In this document: positions 1-13,650 of the stretch, piece by piece | How the letters are laid out: every line of letters starts with the position of its first letter | Numbering within the stretch: the stretch's first letter is position 1 | NCBI RefSeq assembly: GCF_009914755.1 | Contig: NC_060925.1 | From: the human T2T-CHM13v2.0 reference genome, Homo sapiens | DNA: 64,000 nucleotides | Direction: 5' to 3' (one strand) | The notes under the pieces: generated by a model | Database searches by the model: none | What the model saw: only the letters and a program-made list of their open reading frames with translations | What the model was told of the DNA's origin: nothing | Translations under genes and position numbers: made by a program

Positions 1-110
1 TACTTGTGTTTTGATGATGGGAAAGTTACTGAATGCCGTTGAGCCTCAGTTTTCTCATCTGTAAAACAGAGATTAAAACAGCTACTTTATAATGTGTGAA
101 TAAAATTAGA
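1..110 (+). mobile_element. MIR SINE fragment
   Basis: MIR core-like 'gagcctcagttttctcatctgtaaaacagagatta'. Confidence 0.75.
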
Positions 111-2149
111 GGAGAGGGGTAAAGGATCTGACAGAGACCTCCTTCGCATCTTATGAATAACTAAGATTTAACTAGAAGACTAGCTATGTTGCCAACTATC
201 TAATCTATGTTTTCCTCTCTTCCCTAAGTAGCATAGCACCTGAAACAGACTAGATTGGTGTCAATTACTAACAGCTGACCTTCAAGTCAATTCTATTACC
301 TTTTCCTGTGCTCTTATTCTAAAATCTGGTTTTGTCATGACCAATTAATCATGCATACAACTTCTATATCAAAATGTATCCCAAATCTCCTTGTAGTTAC
401 TCTATTTTATCACCAGTAAACAATCCAGCCCTAATTTTTTGAAGTGGTAGAGCTAAGGAAGAACCTTAGCTCTATATTTGTACCACTGTTCTGATTACTC
501 TGTCGGTGGCCTATGTATTTCATCTTTTAAACCACCTCAGGCACAGGAGGTTCATTCTTGGTGTTGGGCATTCTGAAAGACTGGGAGTCCAAGGCTGTCT
601 GCCATAGAGAGGAGTGTTAATATTTCGGGCCTAACAATTAGCAAGGTGAGGTAAACATAACTGAACACTGCTTTGAAGATTCAGAGTCCTGCAGTGCCCT
701 AGGGTCAACATGCTAATGAATTGATAATCCCTCGCACTAAGAGCTGAAAGTGAATGCGACAAAAACCCTGGACCATACCTCCAAAGCTGATTTCTTTACA
801 ATGGAATCCTTATATGTTTTTATATTTAATGTTTTGCCTCTTTTTCTTAAAGGAATAAATTCTGGTTTATCAAGTGATCCAGAAAATTGAATTCTGATTA
901 TTTCAAATTTTAAGAATGGACTTTGAATGAATCTTAGCATTTAACGTGAAAATTTTTGATATGTAGATACATTTTCTCCATCCATGCTTTAGGGACATAT
1001 TTTAATGGAAGACACTGTGGATTCAGAGTGGATTCTTCCTAACCTGGAAGTCATTCCTAGTTCAGGCAGTGCAATGTATAACCAGATTAGGGAAGCAATG
1101 ACTGCCAAATCTTATTACACATCATCCAAGAGGAGCTCTAAAAAACAATACTGCTTCCTGGGCTCTGTCTCAGATACACAGAATGAGAAATTCTAAGGGT
1201 TTCAAATTAAGGATTGAATAAAAAAACAAAAAAGGAGGGAAATTCTAGGGATATCAGGTTCAAATCTGTAATTAAAAAAAAAATTTCTCCAGGTGATTCT
1301 GGTTCATGAGGTTTGTGGATATGCCTTTCCAGCAGAAAGCAAGTGGATAGTGGCTGTGTGTGTTTTGTGTTAATGTGAATCCCTTTTTGCCCACAGGTAC
1401 ATTTCTGACAGTCATTACAAGTATAATCAGTGATTCTGCTGATTGCAGTGGTTCCTCTGTCTCTCTCTAGTTATGCCTCAGATGTGTTGTAATTCAAAAA
1501 TGAAGCTCTATTTCAAGTATTGGGAGGGAAGTTAACACTGCTTACTTATAAATATTCTTTTTTTTTTAGTAGTACTCTACTGAGAAAATACTGGAAATAG
1601 GGTGTGTATGTGTGTGTATTTGTGTGCATATGAGTGTGTGGTTTTTTTTTCCTGGAATAATAACGGCCTTGATGAGAAGCCCTTTCATTAGGATTATAGC
1701 ATAAGGGGCTATAGAAACATCCTTAGGTAAATTGTCATTTTGTAAGCTTCTCAGTTTGAATTATTCAGCTGTGGTTACTATGGAACCACGAGCCTTGTTC
1801 ACTTTGCAGAGGAAAAGTCTAATGGTCCCCCAGTGTCCCCAGACTGTGGAAGAGCTCATTAAGAGAAAAGTACTGCTCTCCCTGTTAAAGACACACAAAC
1901 CAAGCACAGAATGTCCACATCACGGTTTTAGGTGTACCTTCCATTCAGCAGACCTTGCACTTTCAGATGGGGGTTGTTCTTTGAAGTGTTAAGATGCCTC
2001 CTTGCTGAAAATAGTTATAATGTTTAGGTCAACTTAATCCTAGGGATTTGACATTTTGGAATAAAGAGCCTAGCTTAGTCCTTTTTTATGATGAGCAAAA
2101 TGATAGTTTTTAACCCTCTTTTTATTTAACAATTGTTATTTTCTCCTTA

Positions 2150-2335
2150 CCCTGCTAGTGATTTATGTATATAATCTCATGTAATTCCCCTGATAATTCT
2201 AAGGAAGGATTACTCTATTTTACAAAGGAGGAAACTCAGACTCTAAGCAGTCAGGTAAATCATGCAAGTAAGTAAAAAAGCCTAAATTTGAACCAAGTTC
2301 TAACTCTAAATCCTGGACTTCACCACTATGTTAAA
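2150..2335 (-). mobile_element. MIR SINE fragment
   Basis: Antisense core 'tattttacaaaggaggaaactcagact...aatttgaaccaag'. Confidence 0.65.
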
Positions 2336-3514
2336 ATATACGTGTAGGCTTACTGGTGTAAAGGCCCTTGATTGCTATTACCTAGTTATTCGTCAAGAAC
2401 TAGGGGTATAGTAACTGTCCCAGCTAAGGGGAGATTGAGCATATTGTAGTCAGCAACACCAATTCCCTTATCCCAGAGCTGGTGCCAGGAATTTGCAACC
2501 CACTAAACGATCACCGCTCTTTTCTCCTCACTTGGGATTATGGAGTCCTGGGACATTGCAAGGAAATTGGTCTGTGCTCCCCCATCTCCCATGCCTACAA
2601 AGTAAGTTGGGTAGAAAGCAAGCAAAGCCTTGAGGCATGGATGGGCTCACATTGACCTTGAAAGCAGTCAGTCGTCAAGAGTTGGTAGGGTAAATGTGAG
2701 GCAGTGTGCCAATGTATTCCTAGTTCAATCTGACTGGTAAGAGATTGAGGCAAAGTGAGTTGAATTTTTCAGGTTTACAAATGAAACTAGCAAAAAAGTA
2801 ATTCAGCAATAGATCCAAAGCTTCTTTCTGATTCATTTTGTAAGATTAAAACTATTTTATTGACTAAAGAGACTTAGAGATAATCTAACTCAGCTTTCTG
2901 TTACATGGGAAGAAACTGAGGGCTGGATAGATGAACAGATGTATTTGAGGAGTCCAAAGGCCTGGAGAGTGGTGTTGGGGGTTCGGTGGAGAAAGGAGTA
3001 GAGGAAAAAGCTCCTGACAGCAAGACGAGCCTTTCCATAGAACATCATGCCTTTCTGTTGTTAGGGGACAGTCTGCCTGAGAATGTGCCCAGATAAGCAA
3101 CCTGGGCTGTGGGGAGGGAGAACTGGGAATGGAGAGGTGGACTTCAGAAAAGAGCAGGAGATAGTTGAGGGGTTGGGGGAAGCTGAATGTAGATCAAGGC
3201 AAGGGGATCCAGATGGCAGGCAAATCGTGCCTACCATTATTTCCTGAGTTGCCTTAGTGTCTGGGGTGATACCCATGAATTCAAGCCTCCAGGAGGCTAT
3301 GAAACCTCAGTTAATTAAGCAAATTGTATTCCTCAGAAGCAACCTGGAATTACTGTTATATTTTTTTCTCTAGGTTTTATTGCCTCAACTTTCACCTTTT
3401 ATATGCAAAAGCATCTGCTTAAAAGCCTGGGAGGTTGTCTATAATTACTTTTGTATCTGTGAGCTGCTTATTTACTTATTTTTAAAAAATATATTTATGT
3501 AAAACTGACACAAT

Positions 3515-3670
3515 AATTTTTCAAATAGCTGGAAGAGAGGATTTTGAAGGTTATAACACAAAAGAATGATAAAGGTTTGAGGTGACCAGTATGCTAATTA
3601 CCCTAATTTAATTATTACACATTGTATACAAATATCCAAATGTCACACTGTAACCCATAAATATGTGAAC
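3515..3670 (+). mobile_element. L1MA-type 3' end fragment
   Basis: 'aaatagctggaagagaggattttgaa...tatgctaattaccctaattt...cccataaatatg' matches the L1MA 3' UTR. Confidence 0.75.
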
Positions 3671-3876
3671 TGCTTTTAACTTCAAGTGTCAGTTTCTGAC
3701 AAGGTTTCCTCCCAAATATTACAGGCAGTGCCTCTCCGCAAGAGGCTCTGGGTCTGTGTTGCTGAATTGGCCTGTGTCCTCAAAGCACGTTCCAGCTTTC
3801 AAGGGGAAAATGACAAGTGGAAGATGAGCAATGGACTGAATTGCCTAAGGTACTTAGAGATGCTATGTGGGAATAA

Positions 3877-4058
3877 TTCTCAAATTTTGGTGTGCATAAA
3901 ATTGCTTAGTGAGCTTTTAAAAATATGCACCCCTGGGACCCACCTCCTGACATAGAGTTTTTGATTTAAAAAGCCTGGGCTCAGAAATCTGTCTGCTGAA
4001 GAAGGGCCCCAGGTGATTCAGCTACAGAGAGTCCTTGGACTGAGTTTTGACAAACACA
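3877..4058. mobile_element. MER5-like hAT-Charlie MITE
   Basis: 'ttctcaaa...ccccaggtgattc...tttgacaaacac' termini and internal motif. Confidence 0.6.
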
Positions 4059-4151
4059 TTATTTGTATTTATAGTTTTATTTATATTTCATAACAAATAT
4101 TGTGTATATTTAAGGTATACAACATGATGTTTTAATATATATATATAGTAA

Positions 4152-4428
4152 AGCTGCGAGTGGTGGTTCACACCTATCATTCCAAGAATTTTGGAAGCCA
4201 AGGCGGGAGCATCAGTTGAACCCAGGAGTTCAGGACTAACCTGGACAACACAGAGAGAGTGCTTTCTCCACTGAAAAAAAAAATTAACCAGGCCTGGTGG
4301 CATGTGCTTGGGGTCCCAGCTATGCTGGAGGCTGAGGGGAGTTTGAGGCTGCAGTGAGCCGTGATCATGCCACTGCAGCCTGGGTAACAGAGACCCTATC
4401 TCAAGGGGAAACAAACAAACAAACAAAC
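4152..4428 (+). mobile_element. AluJ, diverged, with right-arm deletion
   Basis: Dimeric Alu with J-type 'gagtttgaggctgcagtgagccgtgatc' and an (AAAC)n tail. Confidence 0.85.
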
Positions 4429-5108
4429 TATATATATATTTCCAAAAGTGGAACAAATCCATTACTTTACATAGTTACCTACTTTTTCCCTTGTGACAAG
4501 AACAGCTATAATGTACTCATTTAGCAGAAATTCTGACTACAATACACTGTTATTAACTATAGTCCTCAACATTGTACATTAGATCTTTTCACTTGTGACT
4601 TGTTCATCTTACATAGTGGCTACTTTATATCCTTTGACTTTACATCTCCTCATTTCCTCTCTTCCCCTTGACCCTGGTAACCCCTGTTTTATTCTCTGTT
4701 TCTATACTTTTGACTTTTTAAAAAATATACCACATATAAGTGAGATCATGCCATATTTTTCCTTCTGTGTCTGGCTTATTTCACTTAACATAATATCCTC
4801 CAGGTTCTCCATGTTGTGGCAAATGGCAGGATCTCCTCCTTTTTAAAGGCTAAATAATATTATATCATATATATGCCACAGTTTCTTTAACCATGCATCC
4901 ATTGATTGAGACCTAGGTTGTTTCAATGTCTTGGCTATCCTATATAATACTGCAATGAACATAGGAGTGCAGATATATTTATGAGGTCATATTTCCTTTC
5001 CTTTTGGTTTATTGCCAGAAGAAAGATTGTTGGGTCATATGGTAGTTTTATTTTCAATTTCTTTAGAAACTTCCACACTGTTTTCCATAATGGCTCTATA
5101 AGTCTACC

Positions 5109-5482
5109 ATATTAGTCAGTTCTCATCCTGCTATAAAGAACTGCACGAGACTGGGTAATTTATAAAGGAAAGAGATTTAATTGACTCACAGTTTAGCATG
5201 GCCGGGGAGACCTCAGGAAACTTATAATTGTGATGTAAGGTGAAGGGGAAGCAAGACACCTTCACAAGGCAGAAGGAAGGAGAATTGCTGAGAGAAGGGG
5301 AAAGAGCTCCTTATAAAACCATCAGATCTCATGAGAACTCACTCACTCATAAGAACAGCATGGGGGGAAACCAACCCTATGATTCAATTAGCTCCACCTG
5401 GTCTCTCCCTTGACATGTGGGGATCATGGGCATTGCAATTCAAGATGAGATTTGGGTGGGGGCACAAAGCCTAACCATATCA
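5109..5482 (-). mobile_element. THE1D-like MaLR solo LTR
   Basis: Ends 'aaagcctaaccatatca'; perfect 5-bp TSD TCTAC at 5104-5108 and 5483-5487. Confidence 0.9.
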
Positions 5483-5601
5483 TCTACATTTACACCAACA
5501 GTGTACAAAGGTTCCTTTTTCTCTCCACCCTTGCCAATACTTGTTATCTCGTGTCCTTTTGATAACAGCAATCATAACAGGTATATGGTGGTATCTCATA
5601 G

Positions 5602-5920
5602 TGTTTGTTTGTGTATTTATTTATTTATTTATTCATTTAGAGACAGAGTCTCTCTGTGTCACCCAGGCTGGGGTGTAGTGGCGCGATCTCGGCTAACAGC
5701 AACCTCTGCCTCCCGGTTTAAGTGATTCTTGTGTCTCAGCTTCCCGAGTAACTAGAAACACAGGCATGCACCACCATGCCCGGCTAATTTTTGTGTTTTT
5801 AGTAGAGATGGGGTTTTGCCATGTTGGCCAGGCTGGTCTCAAACTCCTGGCCTCAAGCGATTCACTCCCATTGGCCTCCCAAAGTGCTAGGACTACAGGC
5901 GTGAACCACCACTCCCAATC
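5602..5920 (-). mobile_element. AluJb-like SINE
   Basis: Full antisense Alu with (TTTA)n tail and 'tggcctcaagcgat'; degenerate TSD TCATAGTG/TTATAGTG. Confidence 0.9.
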
Positions 5921-5956
5921 TTATAGTGGTTTTGATTGCAGATAAATACTCATTTA

Positions 5957-6122
5957 AAGTCTTGCTACTCGAAGTGTGATCCTGATCATCAGTATGGCTA
6001 TCACCTGGGAGCTGATCCAAATCCAGAATCTCAGGCTTCATTCCCAAACTTCCAAATCAGCTTTTCATTTTAATAAGATTCCCAGGTGTTACCTGTGCAC
6101 CCTAGAGTTTGAGAAGCACTGG
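5957..6122. mobile_element. MER5A-like hAT-Charlie MITE
   Basis: 'atcacctgggagct...cattttaataagattcccaggtg...agtttgagaagcactgg'. Confidence 0.8.
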
Positions 6123-6131
6123 ATTAGAGGG

Positions 6132-6511
6132 TGCACTCATTTGCTAGGGCAGCCATAACAAAATACACGGACTTGGGAGCTCAAAGAATGGAAATGTATT
6201 TCTCAACAATTCTGGAGGCTAGATCATCAGAAGCAAGGTGTTAGCAGGTTTGGTTTCTTCTGAGGCCCCTTTCTTTGGATTACAGATGCCTGCTTTCTCT
6301 CTGTCCTCCAATGATCTGTCGATGTCTGGGTACCCAAACTTTCTCTTCTTATAAGGGCACCAGTCAGTCTGGATTAGGGCCCAGCCTGATGGCCTCATTT
6401 TAACTTAATCACCTCTTTAAGGCCCCTCTCCATATAACATCACATTATGAGGTACTGTGGATTAGCGCATCAACATAAAGATTTGGGGGGCATACAATTA
6501 AGGCCATAACA
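6132..6511 (-). mobile_element. MLT1A-family MaLR solo LTR
   Basis: 'gctagggcagccataacaaaatac...ggattagggccc...ccataaca'; TSD GAGGG/GAGGA. Confidence 0.85.
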
Positions 6512-6629
6512 GAGGACATAGTAACTGTTAGTAGCTCCGCTTATACGTAATTCTGTCATTGGAAAGAACCTTGAGAAGAATTATTTTATACATTGGAATT
6601 TAATGGGGCCCCAGACCCTGTAAACCCAC

Positions 6630-7532
6630 TCTTTATCTTCTGTTCTTCATCTTGGTAAATAGCACTATTTTTCGCTTAATTTGTCTAAGACGGATACCTT
6701 GGGACCTAGTGCTCCCTCTGCCTTGCCATCCATATTTAATTAGTCATCACATCTTACCATATTTACCTCTGCGATCTTTTCAATAAAATGATTCTGATTT
6801 CCACTGCTCTGGTCCTTGCCTTCTCATCTCCCATCACACTAGGCACACCTCTTAACCCATACTGGAAATATTAGCTCACTTTTCTCACTGATATCTTGGT
6901 CTCTAGTCTTATTTTGTGAGTCAAGTCCATTATTTCCATTAATGATAATTTTTTTTATAAAATAAAAATCATGCCATGTAATTTTCCTGCTTACAATCCC
7001 TCATGGCTTGCTTTGCCCTAAGAAGAAAATGCAACCTTCCTAGCATAGCTGATAAAGCTACTTATGACCTGGCGGATGCTTCCCTTGCCAGTCTCATCTC
7101 TCCCTTCTGCCCCCTGCACCCTCCCCACCAACTCCATTTCTTCATAATATTCTGTTCTCCAACCGCACTGGACTTTTTCACCCTATAGCTTCTCATGTCT
7201 CACATTTGAGCCTTTGCAAAAGGCCTCTTCCTGGAACTCCATCCTTTTTTTTCTTCCCCCACAACACTTCTCCCATTAATTTCTTATTATCTTTGAAATC
7301 TCAGCCTTTATGTCACTTTCTTCCTAAATCTTATTTACCTTGGTTATTCAGCATAAGTGGCTTTCTTCGGGGGTCCTGTGTTGCTCATCACACTTTTTTT
7401 TTTTAACCTCCTTATTTCCTGCAGTGGACCAAAAATTCCTTCAAGGCAGTGTAAATATACTTACAACTGTATTTCTGATACCCATCCAGTGCCTGACAAA
7501 TAGTCAGGGCTCATACGTGCTTGTTGAATGTG
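6630..7532 (+). mobile_element. L2 LINE fragment(s) with 3' end
   Basis: Pyrimidine-rich L2 body ending 'gtgcctgacaaatagtcagggctc...tgttgaatg'. Confidence 0.65.
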
Positions 7533-8239
7533 TTAGTGGAGTCACTGTTTATATGAAGGCCAAAAGTCTAGGGAATGGAGAACCTGAATGCAAGTACAAA
7601 TAGTTACCACTAATGTGATATTCTTACGGAGAAACTTCTAATTGGAAACAAGTGTTAGAGAAACGTTCAGTATTCTCCTGAAGATTCAAAAAATCTTTTT
7701 GTCTTCTAAGCATGTGGCTTTAGAACCATAAGAGCACTTATGGGGACAAAAGGACCAAATATTTGAAACAAGGATGAACATTGTGCCATCGTAGCACTAT
7801 GCTGTCCTTCAAACATCTGTCTCCTGTGAACATCTGAGGTCATCTTCCTCACAGAATCACGGTGAGTCTAGGCCTGGCCCTCTGTCATCATGAGGTGGCA
7901 CAGAGAACATTTTATCAGGCTTGCTTTGTCAGTCTGTCACAGCAACACAAAGAAAATAGCAGTCTAATAGGAATCCTTGCTTTTTCCTGGACCCTCTTTC
8001 TAGAACTGTTATTGTAACTGGATCTGAAGATAGATAGTAGTTACCAATATCTCTGTGGAGCAGGGGCTTAAGATATGCTACAAGGTTTAAAATGTAGTTT
8101 AATGCCTTTTTCTCAAACAATACCTTATACAATTCTTAAAACAGTTACATGGGAAAAGTATTATTACCCCTGTTTTAAGTTGATCAAGATTATATGGCTA
8201 GGAAGAGTCAAAACTGGAGCTCAAGTCTCTCACTCTGAG

Positions 8240-9570
8240 GGCTTACTATTGCCCCTCCTTGGAATGCTGTTCTCCATGCTGTCCACCCCACCTATTGCCC
8301 CTTCTTCTAACTCCTATTTATCCTTAAGATGGGAGTTTAAATATCTCTTTATCAATGCAAAGCCTTAATGTCTAATAGGCACCTCACCCTTAACATGTTC
8401 AAAAGCAAAGATGTGATTCCTGCCCTCTTCCTTATAACTTATCCCCATCCCCCATCATCTTCCCTAACTCCATCTTTCCTCCACGTTTTTGTCCAGATAC
8501 AGGAATAACCCCAAATAAGGTCATAGTACAAGGGTTTTTATTAAAAGCCTTATTTCAGTTGCTGAGCCCTCGAAACCCTGGTATCTCTCTTTCTTTTTAC
8601 CGACTCATTAATGAAATCCTATTAATTCTGCCTCCAACGTATAACTAAAATCTGGTGTCTTCTCATCTCCACTGCTACCATCATTTCTTCCTGGCGATGA
8701 TTGCACTAGCCTTCCAGACTGACCAATTTGCTTTCAATCTTGCCTGTGTCCACCTTACCTTCAAGGCACAGAATTGGAGGAATTTACGTCACTTTTAAAA
8801 ATGTAAGTTAGATCATTTCACCTCCAGTAGCTCTCTGTCTCACTCAGAAGAGAAGCCAATTCCTTACAAAAGTCCACCATCTGTGGCTCCTGGGTGCCTT
8901 CCACCTCTTTGATCCCCTCCCCATCCACTCCTAAATTTGCCTCCTCCACACCAGCCTCTTCCTATTCCTCAAGCACATCAAGCATACTTCTGATGCAGGA
9001 CCTTTTGCCCTTGCTGTTTCCTCTGCTGAAAGGTTCTTCCTGCAAGTATCCACACTTCTTTATTCTCTTCAGGTCTATGTTCAAATGTGACCCTATTGGA
9101 GAGGTAGTTTTCTGAGCAATCTATATAAAACAGCAACCTCTCCCATTCATCTCTTGTACTTAGCTTATATTTTCTTCATAGGATTTATTTCCATCTACTA
9201 TACTAAATATTTATTTGCTTGTCTCCCTCCACCACAATGCTGGCTTCCCGAGGGCAAGAACTTTTATTGTTCTTTTCTGTACCCTTAGCACCCAGGAGAG
9301 TGCCTGGGAAATATCATTTAAATAAATGAATGAATAAATGGCTTTCCTGACCTTCTAAACTAGGTTAGGTATTTCCACCTTACATTCCTAGTGCACACAC
9401 CTTCTTCATTTCATTCTTTGCATCATTAGTCATACTTGTTATTTGATAATGGTTCAGAAGTATAAATTCCTTAAAGTCGGAGATCAATTCTATCTTGTTT
9501 ACCAATGATTAACTAGCTGTTAACAGAACTAGTTAAACACAATGTGAGTGTGCAATAAATACTGAATAAT
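8240..9570 (+). mobile_element. L2 (L2a-like) fragments with 3' ends
   Basis: 'ctccactgctaccatcatttct', 'gagggcaagaact...agtgcctgg...aaatgaatgaataaatg'. Confidence 0.7.
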
Positions 9571-9819
9571 TTTAAAGACTTTTTCTTGGACAGTTGGTGA
9601 TGATGACACCACTGACCAGGGGCAGAAACTGAAGGAAGTGCATGTTTGACAAGAGGAAGATGAAGCCTGGAGACAGGCATACCACAATGCTGACCCAGAG
9701 CCTAAGAAATATCATGGCCCTGGAGAGATAGGGGTTTAATGTCATGTAACACTGCTGATATGTAAAGATTTGGGAAAGTCTGAGGGTTTACAGGGAGGAT
9801 ATATTTAGCCTGTGTAGAT

Positions 9820-10060
9820 AATAATAGTAATGTCAACCAATACACATTAAACATTTACCATATGCTATGCACTATTTTAGGTGCATTACACATATCAACC
9901 TATTTAATTCTTCCAAAAACTCCATGCTGTAGGTACAATTAGAGGTCCCTTTAACATATGAAAAAATGGAAACAAAAAGATGTTAAGGCAGTTGTCCAAG
10001 TCCACACAGCTCTTTGGTGGCAGAACAAGCTTCAGACTCGGCCAGTCTGGCTCATAAGCC
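9820..10060 (-). mobile_element. MIR SINE, near full length
   Basis: 'taaacatttaccatatgctatgcactattttaggtgc...gttgtccaagtccacacagct...cagtctggctc'. Confidence 0.75.
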
Positions 10061-11244
10061 AAGATGGCTGAAGAGAGAACAGGAAGATGGTTCCTCCTAT
10101 TTCCTCCCATCATATTTTAGTAAGTGTTGATGAACAAGTCATCTTTCAATGAAATAATGAAATAAAATTTCAGGGTTTGAAAACTGGTTCTAGCAATGTT
10201 TTGCTCTTATTCTTATTGAGTGCAAGTCTATGGACTGGCAGTTCCTTTGCCTAAGCAGCTCCAGTTACTGAAATGGTCCATAGATAATGTGATAGCAAAG
10301 GCTTTCTATTAAAGCACCTCGAATTGTTCTTGGCAGCTTATCCTCTGAAAGAAGCAATAGAAAAATGAACTGAAACATGCTTTGCATTGCTATGCCAGCT
10401 GCCTGTCACAGTCCAAAATAGCTGAGACTCTCCAGAAACTGTAAAATTGTCTTAAAGGTCCAATTACACTTTTGGCTTATCTGGTTTTCTTTTTTAAAAT
10501 GTAGTTTAATTCATTCAATGTCACTTTTCTTAAAGAAAAAAAAAACTGGTACTATATTCTATTTTGAATTAAGTTAGTACTAATGTAGGCTAAGTGGACT
10601 GCATCCCTCTAGGCCAAATCATGAAACTGTTTGAAAGCACCTATTATCGTATTTAAGTCCCAACTGATGTGTGCTTTAATTTTATCCACTTCCTATTTTC
10701 ATGTTATATATTGATACACTTCTTGATACCATATTAGATGTTTCCTATTCCCAGAAGAGCAATAAATACACTGAATGGAATGCTTTCCTGTGTGCATAGT
10801 TGAAAATACAGATTTTTTGACAGTGAATCTTCTGATCAAATTTTAAGAGAAACACAGTTCTGCTGAAGTGCAGCTTCAGATAGATAGCTTCTCAATAACT
10901 GCATTAAGGGGAGAAAAAAAAACCTTCAAACCTTTGAAGACTGTGGACCTTTTAAAATAAGATTCACAGAATCTGATTTCTTAAGATGTGCTTGGTGAAA
11001 CACACCAGCATGATCACCAGCTTTGTACCTCATTAGAAGATTTTTAGATGGAATCCTGCACCAGGGTGCCTCAGTCAACTGGTTTTCCAGTGAAGACATG
11101 AATTTTAAAGCATCCTCATATATAGCCTCTAGTAAAATTGGATTTGATCTTTAGTTAGGCTTTTTAGTTAGTCATCCTTACCCAGCAGTCAGTTTTATCT
11201 GCCTCATTGAGTGATTATTTAAAGAAGGTTTCACTGTTCATCTT

Positions 11245-11245
11245 T

Positions 11246-11285
<40 letters not shown>

Positions 11286-11286
11286 C

Positions 11287-11316
<30 letters not shown>
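11245..11316. repeat. Compound microsatellite (TG)13 followed by imperfect (AG)n
   Basis: Read directly from the sequence. Confidence 0.97.
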
Positions 11317-11317
<1 letters not shown>

Positions 11318-12089
11318 CCACCAGAAGTCTCAACAATAAACTTTAAAAATTGAAAGCGAAAGTCTATCTCTGCATTTGTTATCCCTGCTTCGTTCTGAGG
11401 ATCTCTTTATTAGTATTATTTAGGTGGGCAGAAGAATGACCACTCAAAGACTTCCCTTTCTTGGATAGAATATCCCTGCAATGAATATGACAAATACTGC
11501 AAAATTCCCACTGTGTTGTTACTAAGCTTAGCTCGCTCTTTCTTGGGGACTTGGAGAGAAGCCTATTTATTCACTTGAGCATTCTGGATATCATTGACAT
11601 TTTCTTTGACTGCACCTCAGGCTGTTGTAGTGTGAGGACTTTTAACAGGAGGGTTAACTTCCTGAATGTCAGAAAACTTCCACATCCACATGCTTTACCA
11701 GCAAATCAATGCATGTATTTTTATACTTTCAGGTGGATCTGAGAGCAGGTCACATATTAATGAGTTGTTTATGGGGATGGGGAGGGTGGAGTGGGGTCTT
11801 GAGGGAAATTTCTAACTCCTGCTGGTTTCCCTACATTTGAGTATTGATAATTAGATCCCACCTAGGGATTATGGTGATGGGGGAATGGATTGAAGGCTCA
11901 CAGAACAAACTTGGTAATTATATATTTATACTACCTTATATTCTGTGTACTTCAAAGCCCAAATTCAAATCCATCAAGCATTGGTGTCAGGATGGAAATT
12001 GCTGGATCCAGCAGAGCTCAACTATTCTGGTCTCCAGACTCCTTCTGGCGATTAGAAATGAAGCTTAGCTGCCAGGTTTCTCCTGTTGA

Positions 12090-12240
12090 TTGCCACAATG
12101 TCCTCAACTGAAAAAATAGAGATAATAATAGTACCTTCCTCAGAGAGTTGTTGAGAGGATACATGAAGATAATGCATGTAAAAGACTTAGATCACTTCCT
12201 GGCACAGAGTATATCTTGCTCAAAGTGTTCTCTCACTATC
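12090..12240 (+). mobile_element. MIR SINE 3' half
   Basis: 'gataataatagtaccttcctcagagagttgttgagaggat...cctggcacagagta'. Confidence 0.75.
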
Positions 12241-13039
12241 ATATTCAACATCAGTCATAATTTTCTCTTGCTGGCTTTGGCCCAGTCCATATAGGTAAAG
12301 TGGGGGTACCCCTAGCCCCTGACTCTTTAGGTGGCAGAGTGGAAATGACTTCCTTTCTCTTGACATGCACCTAAAATGCTGAACATGATACACTGAGGGC
12401 TATAAATGAGGTGAAAGGTGTTGGTAAGGAAAACAGGTCTGGTATAGTAGAAGAAATTGTTATAGGCGAGTGACATACAGTTTCTTTTCCTGGTTCTTAT
12501 GTGTGACCTTAGAAAGGTGAAAGAGAAAGGAAAATATAAGATATGGTCACCCTGTATAGGTGACGTGATATACTATTGTTCTGATTATGTTCTCATATAT
12601 CATACGTTCCTTTTAACTAAGTTATGAGGTTACTGAACTCCATGAGGTTAAAATGACTGACCTAATTCTCTTGCAGAGAGTCAGACCTACTCAGCCTTCC
12701 AAGGTCATCTCTTGGGTCTTTTTGTTGGGAGAAGGGAGATATTCAATTTGATATTTCAAAGTGATTCTCAGATGTGCTGGAGGAATTTTGCAAGGTCAGC
12801 TGGAGTTTCATCACCATTTAGTAGAATTCCTTTCCCACTCCACATACATGCTATTTTAAAACTTTATTTCTCTCTTATGCCCCACATTTGGAGATGACCT
12901 CTACTACCTGAGCTCATGAGGCTGCCTCCAACTTCACTGAGCACATCTGTGCTCTCAGGGTAGTTACTTTAATGTTCCAAGTCATTCTCATATACTCATC
13001 CCTGACTATATACCTTATGATTATCTTCCTTCTAATCTC

Positions 13040-13650
13040 AGAGGCAAAACAATGCCAAACACTATAATATTCATTGACTTCTCACTATTGCCAGGAACTT
13101 AACATAAATTAATCCTCACAACACTTTGAAGTAGGTACTATTCCTACTCATATTTTATAATTAGGACACAGAGCATTTGTTATGGACTGAATTGTTCCCC
13201 CACTCTGCGTTCCACCCAAATTTATCACATACATATCTTTAAGCCCCAACTCCCAACTTGATGATATTTGGAGATGGGGCCTTTGGCTGGTAATTAGATT
13301 TAGGTAAGGTCATGACAGTGGGGCCCTCTCATGATGGGATTAGTGTTTTTACATGAAGAGACACCAGGGAACTCGCTCTCTCTCTCTCTTTCTCTCTCCC
13401 TTTCTGTGCCATGTTAGGGGACAGTAATCCCTTACTGGGGAACAGAATTGGCCAGCACCTTGATATTGGACTTTTCAGTCTCCAGAACTGTGAGGAATAA
13501 ATTTCTATTGTTTAAGCCACCTACTCTGTGTGATATTCTGTTTTGGCAGCACAAGCAGACTAATATAGAGATAATTTGCTGAAGTTAAACAGCTATCACA
13601 TGGAGAAACTATCACTCAAATCCTGGTTTAACTTTAATCACTCTGCCACA
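13040..13650 (-). mobile_element. MIR split by the LTR at 13178-13567
   Basis: 'ttaatcctcacaacactttgaagtaggtactatt' before the LTR and 'aatttgctgaagttaaacagcta' after it. Confidence 0.6.
13178..13567 (+). mobile_element. MLT1A-family MaLR solo LTR
   Basis: Starts 'tgttatggactgaattg'; has 'cagtctccagaactgtgaggaataaatttctattgtttaagccacc'; ends 'gactaatata'. Confidence 0.85.

Larger units (their letters stand above)
4070..5943 (-). mobile_element. Old L1MA 3' portion interrupted by AluJ, THE1D and AluJb
   Basis: Antisense L1 3' UTR and ORF2-end motifs ('tttccttctgtgtctggcttatttcacttaacataat', 'ttccacactgttttccataatggct') continue across the inserts. Confidence 0.8.
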
